This document shows positions 38,629-49,432 of a stretch of 64,000 nt of DNA, piece by piece. Each line of letters begins with the position of its first letter. Position 1 is the first letter of the stretch. The notes below the pieces were generated by a model. That model ran no database searches. It was not told where the DNA came from and saw only the letters and a program-made list of their open reading frames with translations. A program made the position numbers and the translations under genes. This DNA comes from a bacterium (GTDB lineage Bacteria; Myxococcota_A; Bradymonadia; UBA7976; UBA1532). The stretch spans positions 1 through 64,000 of the forward strand of contig JAUHYW010000060.1 in assembly GCA_030426085.1 (NCBI GenBank). The letters run 5' to 3'.

Positions 38629-39786
38629 ATGTCCCCGCCCGCCCGCCGGCTCGCGCCGGCGCTGCTCTCGCTGATCGCCCTGTTCCCGCTGCTGACCGCC
38701 TGTGACGATGACGACGACGGGCCCGAGCCCCCGTGCGTGCTCGACGGCGACTGCCCGGATGGGCGGGCCTGCGCCGTCGTGGCGGGCGCCGACGCGTCGC
38801 AGTGCGTCGCCCCGGTGTACATCACCGGGCAGGTGATCGCCGCCGAGGACGGCGGGGGCGTGGCCGACGCCCGGGTGCTGGCGCTGGGGGTCAACGGCGA
38901 GGCCCCCACCGGGGTGGTCTTCACCGACGCCGAGGGGCGCTATCTGCTGCCGGTGCCCGCCGACCGCGACGCCGAGGGGCGCCCGCTCTCCGAGCGCCTG
39001 ACGCTGCGGGTCGACGCCGCCGCCCGCCAGCCGTTCCCGGTGCCGCCCCGGGTCGCGCTGCCCCTCGATCTGGGCGAGGCGATCGGCGACGCCGAGGCCG
39101 GCTGGGCCGTCGAGAACGCCGCCACGACCGTGCGCCTCTTCGCCCTGCCGCCCGCCGCCCGGGGGGTGACCGTCTCCGGTCTCGTCGACCACCCCGACGC
39201 CGGGGGCGCCCTGCTGCTCGCCGAGCGGGGTGATCGGGCGGTCTCGACGAGCATCGTCGACCTCGACGGCGGCTTCGTGCTCTACGACGTGCCGCCCGGC
39301 GCGGTGTCGCTGGTGGGGCTCCTCGCCGGTCTGTACCTGCCGCCGACCGCGGTCGACGTGCCCGAGGCCGGCCTCGCGGGGGTGGTCCTGGGCGCCGAGC
39401 CGGCCGACGGCGTGGTGCAGGGGTCGGTCAGCATCGTCAACGCGCCCGGCGGCGCCGAGACCTCGTTGATCCTGGTGCCCGACAGCGCCTTCGACGCCGA
39501 GGTCGTGCGGGGGCCGGCGGTGGCCGGGCTGCGGGCGGCGCCGGTCAGCGGCGGGTTCACCGGCTACGAGCTGCGGGTCTACGACGCCTTCGGGGCCCTG
39601 GTGCACAGCGACCTGGAGGTGGGCCGGGTCACCGGCGACGACACCGTCTCGGCGAGCTGGGGCGGGCCGCTCGAGCCGGGCATGCTGTACCAGTTCCGGG
39701 CGGCGAGCTTCCGCGAGGACGGCGAGGGGCGGCGCTACATCAGCACCACCGAGGATCTGCGGGGGGTCTTCCGCGCGCCGCAGTGA
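38629..39786 (+). CDS. Lipoprotein with carboxypeptidase-regulatory-like beta-sandwich domains
   Basis: LLTAC lipobox. ITGQVIAAEDGGGVADARVLALG...TDAEGRYLL is a CarboxypepD_reg-like repeat. Confidence 0.5.
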   Translation: MSPPARRLAPALLSLIALFPLLTACDDDDDGPEPPCVLDGDCPDGRACAVVAGADASQCVAPVYITGQVIAAEDGGGVADARVLALGVNGEAPTGVVFTDAEGRYLLPVPADRDAEGRPLSERLTLRVDAAARQPFPVPPRVALPLDLGEAIGDAEAGWAVENAATTVRLFALPPAARGVTVSGLVDHPDAGGALLLAERGDRAVSTSIVDLDGGFVLYDVPPGAVSLVGLLAGLYLPPTAVDVPEAGLAGVVLGAEPADGVVQGSVSIVNAPGGAETSLILVPDSAFDAEVVRGPAVAGLRAAPVSGGFTGYELRVYDAFGALVHSDLEVGRVTGDDTVSASWGGPLEPGMLYQFRAASFREDGEGRRYISTTEDLRGVFRAPQ

Positions 39787-39815
39787 GGCCCTGCCCACTC
39801 GGCGGTGGGGGTGGC

Positions 39816-41246
39816 TCAGCCCCCCGCGGCGCGGGCGCGCAGGGCGGCGACGAGCGCGCTGACCGAGTCGTTCGCGTCCCCGAAGAGCATGCGGGTCTTC
39901 TCGTGGTAGAAGAGCGGGTTGTCGACCCCGGCGTAGCCGGTGCGCCGGCTGCGCTTGAAGATGACCGTGCGGTCCGACTCCCAGACCTCCAGGACCGGCA
40001 TACCCGAGATGGGGCTGCCCTCTTCCTGGGCGATGGGGTTGACGATGTCGTTGGCCCCGATGACCAGCGAGACGTCGGTGCGGGGCAGGTCGTCGTTGAT
40101 CTCCTCCATCTCGAGCACGATGTCGTAGGGCACGTTGGCCTCGGCGAGCAGCACGTTCATGTGCCCCGGCAGCCGGCCGGCCACCGGGTGGATCGCGAAC
40201 CGCACCCGGATGCCCCGGTCGCGCAGGAGCTGGGTCAGGTCGTTGACCGCGTGCTGGGCCCGAGCCACCGCCATGCCGTAGCCCGGCACGATGACGACGT
40301 CCCGGGCGCCGAGCAGCTCGGCGAGCAGGCCGTCGATGTCGGTCTCCTGCACCTCGCCCGGCGCGCCCTCCCGGGGCTTGGGCGGGGCGGCGCTCGCGGT
40401 GCCGAAGCCGCCGAAGATCACGTTCCAGATCGAGCGGTTCATCGCCCGGCACATGATGTAGCTGAGGATGGCCCCGCTCGAGCCGACCAGCGCCCCGGTG
40501 ACGATGAGCAGGTCGTTGCTGAGCATGAAGCCGGCGGCGGCGGCGGTCCAGCCGGAGTAGCTGTTGAGCATCGACACGACCACCGGCATGTCGGCCCCGC
40601 CGATGGCCATGACGAGGTGCACCCCGAGCACGCCGGCCAGCGCGGTCATGATGCCCAGCCACATCAGGCCCTCGGTGGCCAGCTCGCCCCCGACGAAGGG
40701 GTTGCCGGTCTGCACATAGAGCACGCCGAGCGCGATCGAGCCGACCAGCAGCCCCAGGTTGAGCATGTGCCGGCCGGGCAGCAGCAGCGGGGTGCCCGAG
40801 ACCTTGCCCTTGAGCTTGAGGAAGGCGACGACCGATCCGGTGAAGGTGATCGCGCCGATGAACACGTCGATGAAGACCTCGGTGAGGAAGACCCCCGATC
40901 CGTGGCCCTTGTACATCGCCGGATCGAGGTACGAGGCGAAGCCCACCAGCACCGCCGCGGCCCCGACGAAGCTGTGCAGCAGCGCGACGAGCTCGGGCAT
41001 GGCGGTCATCGCGACCCGGGCCGCCATGAGCCAGCCGATGACCGCGCCGATGGCCAGCGCGGGCACCAGCACGGCGTAGAGGTCGACCCCGGGCACGGTG
41101 AGGGTGGCCCCCACCGCGATGGCCATGCCGATGATGCCGTAGACGTTGCCCTTGCGGGCGGTCTCCTGGCTGGACAGCCCGCGCAGGCTCAGGATGAAGA
41201 GCACGCTCGAGACGAGGTAGGCGACGATGAGCAGCGTGTAGATCAT
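39816..41246 (-). CDS. pntB: NAD(P) transhydrogenase subunit beta
   Basis: 476 aa, N-terminal TM block plus C-terminal NADP(H) domain (…[15 protein letters not shown]…). Confidence 0.9.
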   Translation of the reverse strand: MIYTLLIVAYLVSSVLFILSLRGLSSQETARKGNVYGIIGMAIAVGATLTVPGVDLYAVLVPALAIGAVIGWLMAARVAMTAMPELVALLHSFVGAAAVLVGFASYLDPAMYKGHGSGVFLTEVFIDVFIGAITFTGSVVAFLKLKGKVSGTPLLLPGRHMLNLGLLVGSIALGVLYVQTGNPFVGGELATEGLMWLGIMTALAGVLGVHLVMAIGGADMPVVVSMLNSYSGWTAAAAGFMLSNDLLIVTGALVGSSGAILSYIMCRAMNRSIWNVIFGGFGTASAAPPKPREGAPGEVQETDIDGLLAELLGARDVVIVPGYGMAVARAQHAVNDLTQLLRDRGIRVRFAIHPVAGRLPGHMNVLLAEANVPYDIVLEMEEINDDLPRTDVSLVIGANDIVNPIAQEEGSPISGMPVLEVWESDRTVIFKRSRRTGYAGVDNPLFYHEKTRMLFGDANDSVSALVAALRARAAGG

Positions 41247-41256
41247 GTCCGCCCCC

Positions 41257-42837
41257 CTACTTCCGGAACATCTTGAGCATGCGCTGGGTGACCAGGAAGC
41301 CGCCGGCGATGTTGATGGTGGCCAGCAGCACCGCCGCGCCGCCGAGCAGCGCGCTCGGGGTGTCCCATGAGCCTCTGGCCTGCAAGAGCCCGCCGACGAT
41401 GATGATGCCGCTGATGGCGTTGGTGACCGCCATCAGCGGGGTGTGCAGCGCGGCGGTGACGCTCCAGATGACCTGCCAGCCCACGAAGCAGGCGAGCACG
41501 AAGACGGTCAGGTGCTGGAGGAACTCCATCGGCGGGGTCATCTCGCCGGTGTAGCCGAAGCGCAGCCCCAGCCAGACCAGCGCCAGCGCGAGGCCGACGA
41601 ACGCGCCTTTGCCGAACATCGGCTTCGCCGGGGTGGCCGGCGGGGTGGGCTCGGCGACCTTCGGCGGGGTCGGCGCGGCGGCCTGCTCGGGCTCGGCCTT
41701 CTTCTCCGGCTCCGGCGGCGGCTCTTTCTTCGGCGGCGGCCAGAGCTTCTCGCCTTCGTGCAGCACGATGGCGCCCCGGACCACCTCGTCCTCGAGGTCG
41801 ATGTGATAGCCCTCGGCCCGGCCCATGTCGTCGAGCAGGTGGGTCAGGTTGGTGCCGTAGAGCTGGCTGGTGACGGTGGCCATGCGGCTGGGCAGGTCGG
41901 TCAGCCCCAGGATGGTCACCCCGTCGTGCACGGTGATCTCGCCCGGGGCGCACAGCTCGCAGTTGCCCCCGTTCTCGGCGGCCAGATCGACGACCACCGA
42001 GCCCGGCTTCATGCGCTCGACGGCCCGCTTCTCCCACAGGATCGGGGCCTTGCGGCCGGGGATGAGCGCGGTGGTGATGACGATGTCGACCTCGGCGGCC
42101 TGCTCGTAGAACATCTCCATCTCGGCCTCGATGTAGGCCGGGCTCATCACCTTGGCGTAGCCCCCGCCGCCCTCGCCGTCCTCTTCGATCTCGATCTCGA
42201 GGAACTCCGCGCCCAGGCTCTTGACCTGGTCCCGCACCGCCTCGCGGGTGTCGAACGCCCGCACGATGGCCCCCAGGCCGCGGGCGGCGCCGATGGCGGC
42301 CAGCCCGGCGACCCCGGCCCCGATGACGAGCACCTTGGTCGGCGGCACCCGCCCGGCGGCGGTGATCTGGCCGGTGAAGAAGCTGCCGTAGTGCTGGGCG
42401 GCCTCGATGACCGCCCGGTAGCCGGCGGCGTTGGCCATCGAGCTGAGCGCGTCCATCTTCTGGGCCCGGGTGATCCGGGGCACGCAGTCCATGGCGATGA
42501 GGGTGATCTTCTTGGCGGCCAGCTTGCGGACCAGCTCTTCGTTCTGAGCCGGCTGCACGAAGCTGATGAGGTGGGCCCCCTCCCGGATCGCGGCGATCTC
42601 GAGGTCCTTGGGCGCCCGGACCTTCAGGATCAGGTCGCCGGCGGTCCAGATGTCGGCCCCGTCGACCAGCGTCGCCCCGGCCTCTTCGTAGGCCGGATCG
42701 GGGTAGTTGGCCAGCGCGCCGGCCCCGCGCTCGACGAGCACTTCGAATCCGAAGTCGATGAGCTTGCGCACCGTGTCGGGGGTGCCGGCCACCCGGCGCT
42801 CCCCCGGGTGGCTTTCCTTGGGGATGCCGACTTTCAC
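41257..42837 (-). CDS. pntA: NAD(P) transhydrogenase subunit alpha (fused alpha1+alpha2)
   Basis: Starts at GTG, (M)[17 protein letters not shown]... with GAGG RBS. Alanine-dehydrogenase-like NAD domain ([17 protein letters not shown]), then a Pro-rich linker and 4 TM helices. The track ORF 41257..43809 over-extends antisense into the GNAT gene. Confidence 0.85.
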   Translation of the reverse strand: MKVGIPKESHPGERRVAGTPDTVRKLIDFGFEVLVERGAGALANYPDPAYEEAGATLVDGADIWTAGDLILKVRAPKDLEIAAIREGAHLISFVQPAQNEELVRKLAAKKITLIAMDCVPRITRAQKMDALSSMANAAGYRAVIEAAQHYGSFFTGQITAAGRVPPTKVLVIGAGVAGLAAIGAARGLGAIVRAFDTREAVRDQVKSLGAEFLEIEIEEDGEGGGGYAKVMSPAYIEAEMEMFYEQAAEVDIVITTALIPGRKAPILWEKRAVERMKPGSVVVDLAAENGGNCELCAPGEITVHDGVTILGLTDLPSRMATVTSQLYGTNLTHLLDDMGRAEGYHIDLEDEVVRGAIVLHEGEKLWPPPKKEPPPEPEKKAEPEQAAAPTPPKVAEPTPPATPAKPMFGKGAFVGLALALVWLGLRFGYTGEMTPPMEFLQHLTVFVLACFVGWQVIWSVTAALHTPLMAVTNAISGIIIVGGLLQARGSWDTPSALLGGAAVLLATINIAGGFLVTQRMLKMFRK

Positions 42838-42915
42838 GTGGACCTCGCAGGCGTCTCGGGTTCCGGGATGAAACGTTCGTCTCTCTACCACGCCCGCGCA
42901 CGCGGCGGGAGTGGG

Positions 42916-43965
42916 ATGCGCTGTCCCGTGACACGGCCCCCCGCTTCGGGCATCGTCTCGACGATGCAGACGCTGGACTTCCCCGGGCTCGCCGCCGCCG
43001 CAGACGACTGGGACGCGCTCGTCGCCCGCACCCCCGAGATCGATCGCTTCTGCACGTCGAGCGCCTGGATCGTGCCCGCCCGGGCCGCCTTCTGCCCCGG
43101 CGCCCGGCCGTGCATCGCCCTCGACGGGCAGCGGGGGGTGGCGCTGATGGCCCTGCCGGTCGGCGTCGACACCCGGGGCGGGCTGCCGCTGGAAGCCGGC
43201 TGGGGGCTGGCCGCGCCGCTGGTGGGGCCCGACCCCGACGCGACGGTGGCCCTGCTCGACGGGCTGTGGCGCGACGCGCCGACCCCGATGGATGTGCTCT
43301 TCCTCTCGGGCCTGCCCCGCCGCGGGCGCTGGATGGACGCCCTGCTCCGCCGCTTCCGGGGGCGGTTCAGGGTCGGCGTCGGCACCCGCTGCACCCGCCG
43401 CCGGGCTCATATCGGCGACGGCCTGGACGGCTTCTTCGCCCGCCGCTCGCCCAAGTTCAGGGCCAACCTGCGCCGGGCGGTGCGCCGGGCGGCCGAGACG
43501 GGCGTGGTCTACGAGCGGGTCGCCGAGGGGCCGCTGGGGTCGCTCTACGACCGCATCCTGGCGGTCGAGGCCCGGAGCTGGAAGGGCTTGCAGGGGGACG
43601 GCATCGACAGCGGCGCGCCGCGCCTCTTCTACCGCCTGATCGTCGAGCGGCTCATCGCCCGGGGCGCGCTGCGGGTGGTCTTCGCCACCCGCGACGGCGA
43701 GGATCTGGCCTACGTGCTCGGCGGGCTGTTCGGCGACACCTACCGCGGCTTGCAGGTGAGCTACGTCGAGGGCTTCGAGTCCGACGGGCCGGGCAACCTC
43801 GTGCAGCACGAGATGATCCGCTGGCTGATCGAGGAGGGGCTCGTGGTCTACGACCTGGGCACGGACATGCCGTACAAGCGCCGCTGGGCCGAGGAGGCGA
43901 TGGAGACGGTGACCGTGGCCGTCGTGCCGGCCGGCTCCCGCTTCGCCCGGATGTTCGTCGGCTGA
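42916..43965 (+). CDS. FemAB/CelD-like GNAT-fold acyltransferase family protein
   Basis: ...[20 protein letters not shown]...[31 protein letters not shown]... is characteristic of the Acetyltransf_6/BioF2-like family. The start is ambiguous (42916 or 42964). Confidence 0.55.
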   Translation: MRCPVTRPPASGIVSTMQTLDFPGLAAAADDWDALVARTPEIDRFCTSSAWIVPARAAFCPGARPCIALDGQRGVALMALPVGVDTRGGLPLEAGWGLAAPLVGPDPDATVALLDGLWRDAPTPMDVLFLSGLPRRGRWMDALLRRFRGRFRVGVGTRCTRRRAHIGDGLDGFFARRSPKFRANLRRAVRRAAETGVVYERVAEGPLGSLYDRILAVEARSWKGLQGDGIDSGAPRLFYRLIVERLIARGALRVVFATRDGEDLAYVLGGLFGDTYRGLQVSYVEGFESDGPGNLVQHEMIRWLIEEGLVVYDLGTDMPYKRRWAEEAMETVTVAVVPAGSRFARMFVG

Positions 43966-43988
43966 GCCAGGGGCGGGTCAGGGGCGGG

Positions 43989-44420
43989 TCAGGGGCAGAT
44001 CGAGAAGCCGAGCAGGCGGTCGATGTCGCCCACGGCGTCGGCGCAGTCCCCACCGTCGGCGTGAGCGCACAGGCCGGCGGCGACGGGTCGGTCCACCGCG
44101 CACTGGGCCTCGCAGCTCTCGGCGATCTCGTCGGCCAGCCCCGGGTTCCCGGCGGTCACCGCAGGGCAGATCGCCGCGATGCAGCCGAGCAGCCACCGGC
44201 AGTCGGCCGCGCAGCGGTCGCCGCACGGGTCGGCGTCCGCGCTGGCGTCGGCCGGGTCCCGATCGGGGGCGCAGGCCCCGCGCACGCACCACGGCGCGTC
44301 CCGGGGGCAGTCCCGCCCGGTCTCGCAGCCCGCGGGCGCCGGCTCGGCGACGCACGCGGCGAGCAGCAGCGCCAGGGCCGGCAGGCCGGGCAGGACCGAG
44401 GGTCGGCGGGGTCGGGGCAT
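43989..44420 (-). CDS. Small Cys-rich secreted/lipoprotein
   Basis: LPALALLLAAC lipobox. 18 Cys in 143 aa. Confidence 0.5.
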   Translation of the reverse strand: MPRPRRPSVLPGLPALALLLAACVAEPAPAGCETGRDCPRDAPWCVRGACAPDRDPADASADADPCGDRCAADCRWLLGCIAAICPAVTAGNPGLADEIAESCEAQCAVDRPVAAGLCAHADGGDCADAVGDIDRLLGFSICP

Positions 44421-44548
44421 GGCGCCAGTCTACCGCAAACCGGCCGCCGCGCCGCCGCTCGCCGTTGGAGCAATGGGGGGATCCCGGGGCTCATCCGCTG
44501 CCCCCGCTTGCGGTATGATGCCGCCGCTGCGACCTGCCGAGGGCCACC

Positions 44549-46531
44549 ATGACCCCTCCCATCGAGCCCGCCCGCTGGCTGGGGCGATTCGAACGGCCCG
44601 TGCCCATCCGGCGCATGGGGCGCTTCTTCGTGTATCGGGCCCTGCGCGCCGGCGCGCCGCGGGTGGTCGCGGTCTCCCGCCCCGAGCTGGACCCGGCCGA
44701 CGCCGCCCGCCTCGTCGAGCAGGCTGTCGAGATGCACGCCGGGGTCGAGCACCCGGCGGTGCCCCGCATCAGCGACAGCGGGGTCGAGGGCGACGTGGCC
44801 TGGCTCGCCTTCGACTGCGACGGCCTGTGCGACCTCGACGGGCTGCTCTCCCACCTCGGCGACCCGCTGCCCGAGGCGCTGCCGGTCGCCGCCACCGCCG
44901 AGATCCTGGCCACCGTGGCCGACGCGCTCGCCGCCTTGCACGCCACCGGGCGCCTCGCCGGCCGGCTGAGCCCGGCCCAGATCCTGCTCTCGCCGACCGG
45001 CCGGCTGTGGCTCATCGGCCTCGGCTGCGACTTCATCGCCCACCAGGGGCCGGCGCTCGCCCGGCAGTTCGAGGGCCCGGAGTACGCCGCCATGCGCGAC
45101 CGCCGCCGCCGCCGCGATCCGGTGGTCGACGTGTGGCTCGTCGGCGCGCTGGCCCGGGCGCTGGTCGCCGTCGAGGCCGCCCGGCGGGACATGACCCGGC
45201 TGCGGCTGGCAGAGGCCGACGCCGACCCCGACGCGCTGGCCGACTGGCGGGCCCTGACCGCCCGCGACCCGGCGCTGAGGGCCCCCGACGCCGCGGCGGC
45301 CGGGCGCATCGTGCGCCGCCTGTGGCCGGTGCCCGCGCCCGCCGACTCGGCCCTGCCGGCCCTGGTCGGTCCCCTCGCCCCGCTGTACGCCGCCGACGCG
45401 GTGGGCGCCGTCATCGCCGGCCGCTACCGCCTCGACCGCCGCCTGGGCTTCGGCCGCCGGGGGGCGTGGTTCTTCGGCTGGGACACCCAGCTCGAGCAGC
45501 CGGTGGCCATCAAGTGGCTCGACGACGGGGGCACCGAAGCCGAGCAGGCCCGGCTGCTGCGCGAGGTGCACCTGCTGCGCAGCCTGCGCCACCCCAACGT
45601 CATGGCCGGCTTCGACGTGCTGCTGAGCGACGGGCGCATCGGCGCGGTGGTGGAGTACGTGCCCGGCGATCCGCTGGCCGAGGTGCTGCGCTCGGAGGTC
45701 GCCCGGCCCCACCTCGCCGCCTCGCTGGCCGGCGTCGCCGACGCGCTGACCTACCTCGGGCGGCGGGGGGTCGTGCACCGGGACGTCAAGCCGGGCAACA
45801 TCATCTGCCACGAGGAGCGGGAGGCGGTGCTCGTCGACCTCGGCCTGGCCCGCGCCGAGGACGACGCCCGCCCGGTGACCCACCCCGACGAGCGGCTGGG
45901 CACCTGGCGCTACATGGCCCCCGAGCAGCTCACCGGCCCCGGGGTGGGCCCCTCGGCCGACGTCTACGGCTTCTGCATGGTGCTCATCGACGTGCTCGTC
46001 GAGGCCCCGATGCCCAACCACCCCGAGCCGGTCGACGCCCTGGCCCGCCTGCGCGCAGCCGGGGTGCCCGAGGTGCTCGCCCGCCTGATCGCGCAGGGCG
46101 TCTCGGCCGACCCCGCCCTGCGCCCCGACCCCCAGCGCCTCGCCGTCGCTCTGCGGGCCCTCGAGCCCCCCCCCGGCGTCGGCACCCTCGTGATGGCGGT
46201 GGACGGCCGCTGGTTCTCCATCGACGGCCGCTCGGTCGACCTGCGCCGACGCAGCGCCTTGCGCCGCATCCTCGCCGCCCTCGGATCGGCCCACGTCGAT
46301 CAGATCCCGCTCGACGTCGCCGATCTGCAACGCGCCGGCTGGCCCGACGAGCGCATGCAGCCCACGTCGGGCGCCGCCCGGGTCTACACCGCGGTCTCGA
46401 CCCTGCGCCGGGAGGGCCTCAAGGGCGTGCTGGAGCGCATCGACGACGGCTACCGCCTCGCGCCCTCGCTGGTCATCCGCCGGGTCGACGCCAATACGAA
46501 CCCCCCCGGCGGCATGGGCCCGGTGCGCTGA
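44549..46531 (+). CDS. Tandem pseudokinase + Ser/Thr protein kinase with C-terminal OmpR/PhoB-type winged-helix domain
   Basis: Residues ~290-560 form a Hanks kinase (AIKWL, HRDVKPGNII, DLGLAR, GTWRYMAPE). Residues ~20-250 are kinase-like but lack the catalytic HRD and VAIK Lys. The C-terminus RRSALRRILAALGSAHVDQIPLDVADLQRAGWPDE...VSTLRREGLKGVLERIDDGYRL fits the trans_reg_C pattern. Confidence 0.75.
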   Translation: MTPPIEPARWLGRFERPVPIRRMGRFFVYRALRAGAPRVVAVSRPELDPADAARLVEQAVEMHAGVEHPAVPRISDSGVEGDVAWLAFDCDGLCDLDGLLSHLGDPLPEALPVAATAEILATVADALAALHATGRLAGRLSPAQILLSPTGRLWLIGLGCDFIAHQGPALARQFEGPEYAAMRDRRRRRDPVVDVWLVGALARALVAVEAARRDMTRLRLAEADADPDALADWRALTARDPALRAPDAAAAGRIVRRLWPVPAPADSALPALVGPLAPLYAADAVGAVIAGRYRLDRRLGFGRRGAWFFGWDTQLEQPVAIKWLDDGGTEAEQARLLREVHLLRSLRHPNVMAGFDVLLSDGRIGAVVEYVPGDPLAEVLRSEVARPHLAASLAGVADALTYLGRRGVVHRDVKPGNIICHEEREAVLVDLGLARAEDDARPVTHPDERLGTWRYMAPEQLTGPGVGPSADVYGFCMVLIDVLVEAPMPNHPEPVDALARLRAAGVPEVLARLIAQGVSADPALRPDPQRLAVALRALEPPPGVGTLVMAVDGRWFSIDGRSVDLRRRSALRRILAALGSAHVDQIPLDVADLQRAGWPDERMQPTSGAARVYTAVSTLRREGLKGVLERIDDGYRLAPSLVIRRVDANTNPPGGMGPVR

Positions 46532-46541
46532 GGGCGGACGC

Positions 46542-47378
46542 TCAGAGGTGCTGCAGCAGCGGGTCGGGCCGGGGGGTGTCTTCGGGGTCGGCCTTCGGAT
46601 CGGGCGCGGCGTCGGCCGGCGGCGCCGAGAGCGTCGCGAGGCGGCCGCGCAGCCCTTGCAGGTAGCGCTCGACGCCCTCGGACAGCGCCGGGTGGCGGTA
46701 GTGCAGCCGCAGCATGCCCCGGCGGTCGCCGGGCGTGATGCGGCGGCGCAGGACCTGCAACCGGCCGCCGGGGATCGCGAAGTCGAGGCGGGGGCGCTCG
46801 GCGGGCGGGGCCATGCCCTCCGGGGGGTCGAGCGGCGGGCCGTATTTGGCGACGAGGCCGTCGAGGATGCGGGCGGCGGCCGGCTTCTGCTTCGCGCCGT
46901 ACAGGACCCGGATCACGCCCCCGTAGAGCCGGTCGTCGACGAAGCGCAGCTCGACCCGCCCCGGCAAGCCGCCGAGGTCGAGCCAGAAGCGGTGGGCCGT
47001 CAGGCGGGGGCGGGGCACCGGGCGCTGGCGGAAGGCCTTCCACGCCTGCCGCCCGCCGGCCTTCGCCCGGCGCTTCGCGTCGTCGTGGATGCGGGCGAGC
47101 GCCTCGGCCTCGGTGGTCACCGCCTCGGCGCCGGCGTAGGGGGCGAGCGTCGGCTCGACCTCCCGGGCGGCGGCCGCCGAGCTGCCCCAGACGAAGCGGC
47201 CGAAGCCGCCGGGGTCCTCGGCGGCGACGGCGGGGCTGCCGAGCGGGGCCTTGATCTCGAGCGGCACCGGCTCACCGGCGGCGGGCGTCGGGAGCCCGCA
47301 CAGGGTGGCGATCACGGCCGCCGCCAGGGTGAATGCCCGGGTTGCCTCGACCCCGGACGCCGAGTACCGTGCGCCCAT
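46542..47378 (-). CDS. Secreted hypothetical protein
   Basis: Signal peptide MGARYSASGVEATRAFTLAAAVIATLCG. Convergent with the kinase gene. Confidence 0.45.
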   Translation of the reverse strand: MGARYSASGVEATRAFTLAAAVIATLCGLPTPAAGEPVPLEIKAPLGSPAVAAEDPGGFGRFVWGSSAAAAREVEPTLAPYAGAEAVTTEAEALARIHDDAKRRAKAGGRQAWKAFRQRPVPRPRLTAHRFWLDLGGLPGRVELRFVDDRLYGGVIRVLYGAKQKPAAARILDGLVAKYGPPLDPPEGMAPPAERPRLDFAIPGGRLQVLRRRITPGDRRGMLRLHYRHPALSEGVERYLQGLRGRLATLSAPPADAAPDPKADPEDTPRPDPLLQHL

Positions 47379-47595
47379 GAAAGTCCTCGTCATGCTCGGT
47401 CTGGTCATCGCCGCGTTCGGCGGCGGGTTCTACCTCGGTCTGGAGTACCACAAGAACGCCCTGCGGACCGACCCGCAGGAGTTCGAGGAGCTGCTCAAGG
47501 ACGAGCAGTTCCGCGACATGATGTCCGAGGAGATGAAGAAGAAGGCCAAGGACAAGGCCGGCCGCATCTGGAACATCCTCACCGAGGACTTCTGA
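47377..47595 (+). CDS. Small (72 aa) single-TM protein with Lys/Glu-rich tail
   Basis: MKVLVMLGLVIAAFGGGFYLGL is a TM helix, followed by a charged tail. The stop overlaps the downstream ATG (TGATG). Locally AT-richer codons. Confidence 0.4.
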   Translation: MKVLVMLGLVIAAFGGGFYLGLEYHKNALRTDPQEFEELLKDEQFRDMMSEEMKKKAKDKAGRIWNILTEDF

Positions 47596-49217
47596 TGCCC
47601 GCCCGGCGCGCGCTGCCGGCCGCCCTCTTCGCCGCGCTGCTCTGCGCCGGCTGCGTCACCGACGAGGCCCCGCCCGACGCCGGCGCGCCCGACATGGGCG
47701 AGCGCCCCCGAAACCCCGAGCTCGACATCGACGGCGACGGCTACCCCCCGGTGGACGGGGACTGTGACGACGACGACCCCGCGATCGGGCCCGAGGGGGT
47801 CGAGATCTGCGGCGACGGGATCGACCAGGACTGCTCGGGGGCGGACCTCGACTGCGGCAGCGCCGACGTCGACGGGGACGGGGTGTCGCTCGACGAGGGC
47901 GACTGCGACGACATGGATCCGGCCCGCAGCCCCCTGCGGCCCGAGACCTGCGACGACGGCGTCGACCAGGACTGCTCGGGGGCCGACCTGAGCTGCCTCG
48001 ACGTGGACAACGACGGCGACCTGCTCACCGAGAACGACGGGGACTGCGACGACGACGACCCCCGGGTGCGGCCGGGCTTCGAGGACCGCTGCGAGAACGG
48101 GCTCGACGAGGACTGCGACGGCGTCGACCGGATGTGCCTCGAGAACGACCGCGACGAGGACGGGGTCGACGACGCGGTGGACGTCTGCCCCGAGGTCTCC
48201 GATCCGCTGCAGCTCGACCGCGACGCGGATGGGGTCGGCGACAACTGCGACAACTGCCTGAACACCGCCAACCCCGACCAGGGCGACGACGACGGCGACG
48301 GCCGGGGCGACGCCTGCGACAGCGACCTCGACCTCGACGGCGACGGCTTCAGCGCGAGCGATGGGGACTGCGCGCCGGACGACGGGGACGTGTATCCGGG
48401 GGCCGACGAGGCGTGCGACGGGGTCGACCAGGACTGCAACGGCTTCGCCGACGACGGCTGCCCCAGCGACCTGCGCAGCCCGCTCGTCGAGATCGCCGCC
48501 GGGCCGATGCTGATGGGCAGCACCGAGGCCGACCCGATGGCCTGCCTCCAGGCGCCGCCCGCCGAGCGGGACGAGAACTGCGACGAGGTGCCCCAGCGCA
48601 CCATCCGGCTGTCGGCCTTCGCCGTCGAAACCCACGAGGTGACCAACGCCCAGTACGCCGCCTGCGTCGAGGCCGGGCGCTGCGTGCCGCCCCGCGACCG
48701 GGAGGCGTTCGACGACCCGGCGTTCGCCGACCACCCGGTGGTGCACGTCAGCCAGAGCGAGGCGGGGGCCTACTGCGCCTGGACCGGGGGCCGGCTGCCG
48801 ACCGAGGCCGAGTGGGAGCGGGCGGCCCGGGGCGCCGAGCCCGAGGTCGACCGGCGCTACCCGTGGGGCGACGATGCGCCCGACTGCGAGACGGCCAACG
48901 TCGACCGGTGCCACCCCGGCACCCGGCCCGTCATGCAGTACCCGATCGACGCCGCCCAGGGGGTCTTCGACCTGGGGGGCAACGTGCACGAGATCTGCGC
49001 CGGTTGGTACGACCCACTGTACTATCGCCGGATGCCCGCCGAGGACCCGCCGCCGGTCGAGCAGCCGGCCGCCGAGCCCGCGATCCCGGTCCGGGGGGGC
49101 AGCTACCGGGAGAGCGCGCAGTTCAGCACCCTCACATACCGCGGCTTCCGGGTGCAGCTCGTCAGCCCCCGCGATCGCCGGGCCTATGTCGGCTTCCGCT
49201 GCGTGCGCGACCGCTGA
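47595..49217 (+). CDS. Lipoprotein with MopE-like Cys/Asp repeats, thrombospondin-type-3-like Ca-binding repeats and a C-terminal formylglycine-generating-enzyme (FGE/SUMF1) domain
   Basis: LLCAGC lipobox. Repeated DxDGDG...DCDDxDP motifs and DRDADGVGDNCDNC...NPDQ.DDDGDG. C-terminus ...RLPTEAEWERAARG...RGGSYRES...GFRCVRD is FGE-sulfatase-like. Confidence 0.75.
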   Translation: MPARRALPAALFAALLCAGCVTDEAPPDAGAPDMGERPRNPELDIDGDGYPPVDGDCDDDDPAIGPEGVEICGDGIDQDCSGADLDCGSADVDGDGVSLDEGDCDDMDPARSPLRPETCDDGVDQDCSGADLSCLDVDNDGDLLTENDGDCDDDDPRVRPGFEDRCENGLDEDCDGVDRMCLENDRDEDGVDDAVDVCPEVSDPLQLDRDADGVGDNCDNCLNTANPDQGDDDGDGRGDACDSDLDLDGDGFSASDGDCAPDDGDVYPGADEACDGVDQDCNGFADDGCPSDLRSPLVEIAAGPMLMGSTEADPMACLQAPPAERDENCDEVPQRTIRLSAFAVETHEVTNAQYAACVEAGRCVPPRDREAFDDPAFADHPVVHVSQSEAGAYCAWTGGRLPTEAEWERAARGAEPEVDRRYPWGDDAPDCETANVDRCHPGTRPVMQYPIDAAQGVFDLGGNVHEICAGWYDPLYYRRMPAEDPPPVEQPAAEPAIPVRGGSYRESAQFSTLTYRGFRVQLVSPRDRRAYVGFRCVRDR

Positions 49218-49356
49218 AAAGCGGAATACCTTCGGGCGTTTACCTTAAAGAGTAGAAAAGCGGGCGGGGCGACCAGGGGTACGGTCACACTCCGGACGAC
49301 CTGGATTGGCCACCGCGGAGGTCTCCCGCCCGCTTCTGTCAGTATGCTACCCCCGC

Positions 49357-49375
49357 CCGTATTGATACAATACGG
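49357..49375. promoter_or_regulatory. Perfect 8-bp inverted repeat ccgtattg-ata-caatacgg upstream of the XRE gene
   Basis: Seen in sequence, within the AT-rich islet 49218..49440. Confidence 0.4.
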
Positions 49376-49432
49376 CGCACTACTGAAAATAGTTCTGGTA
49401 GAACAGGTCTGCCGGGTGTTACCGCTTGCCCG

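Noticed and set aside
41257-43965. 850-aa (minus) and 840-aa (plus) ORFs overlapping across the pntA / GNAT region
   Set aside because: These are composite. pntA starts at the GTG at 42837 (MKVGIPKE). The GNAT-like gene starts at 42916 or 42964. The remainders are antisense artefacts.
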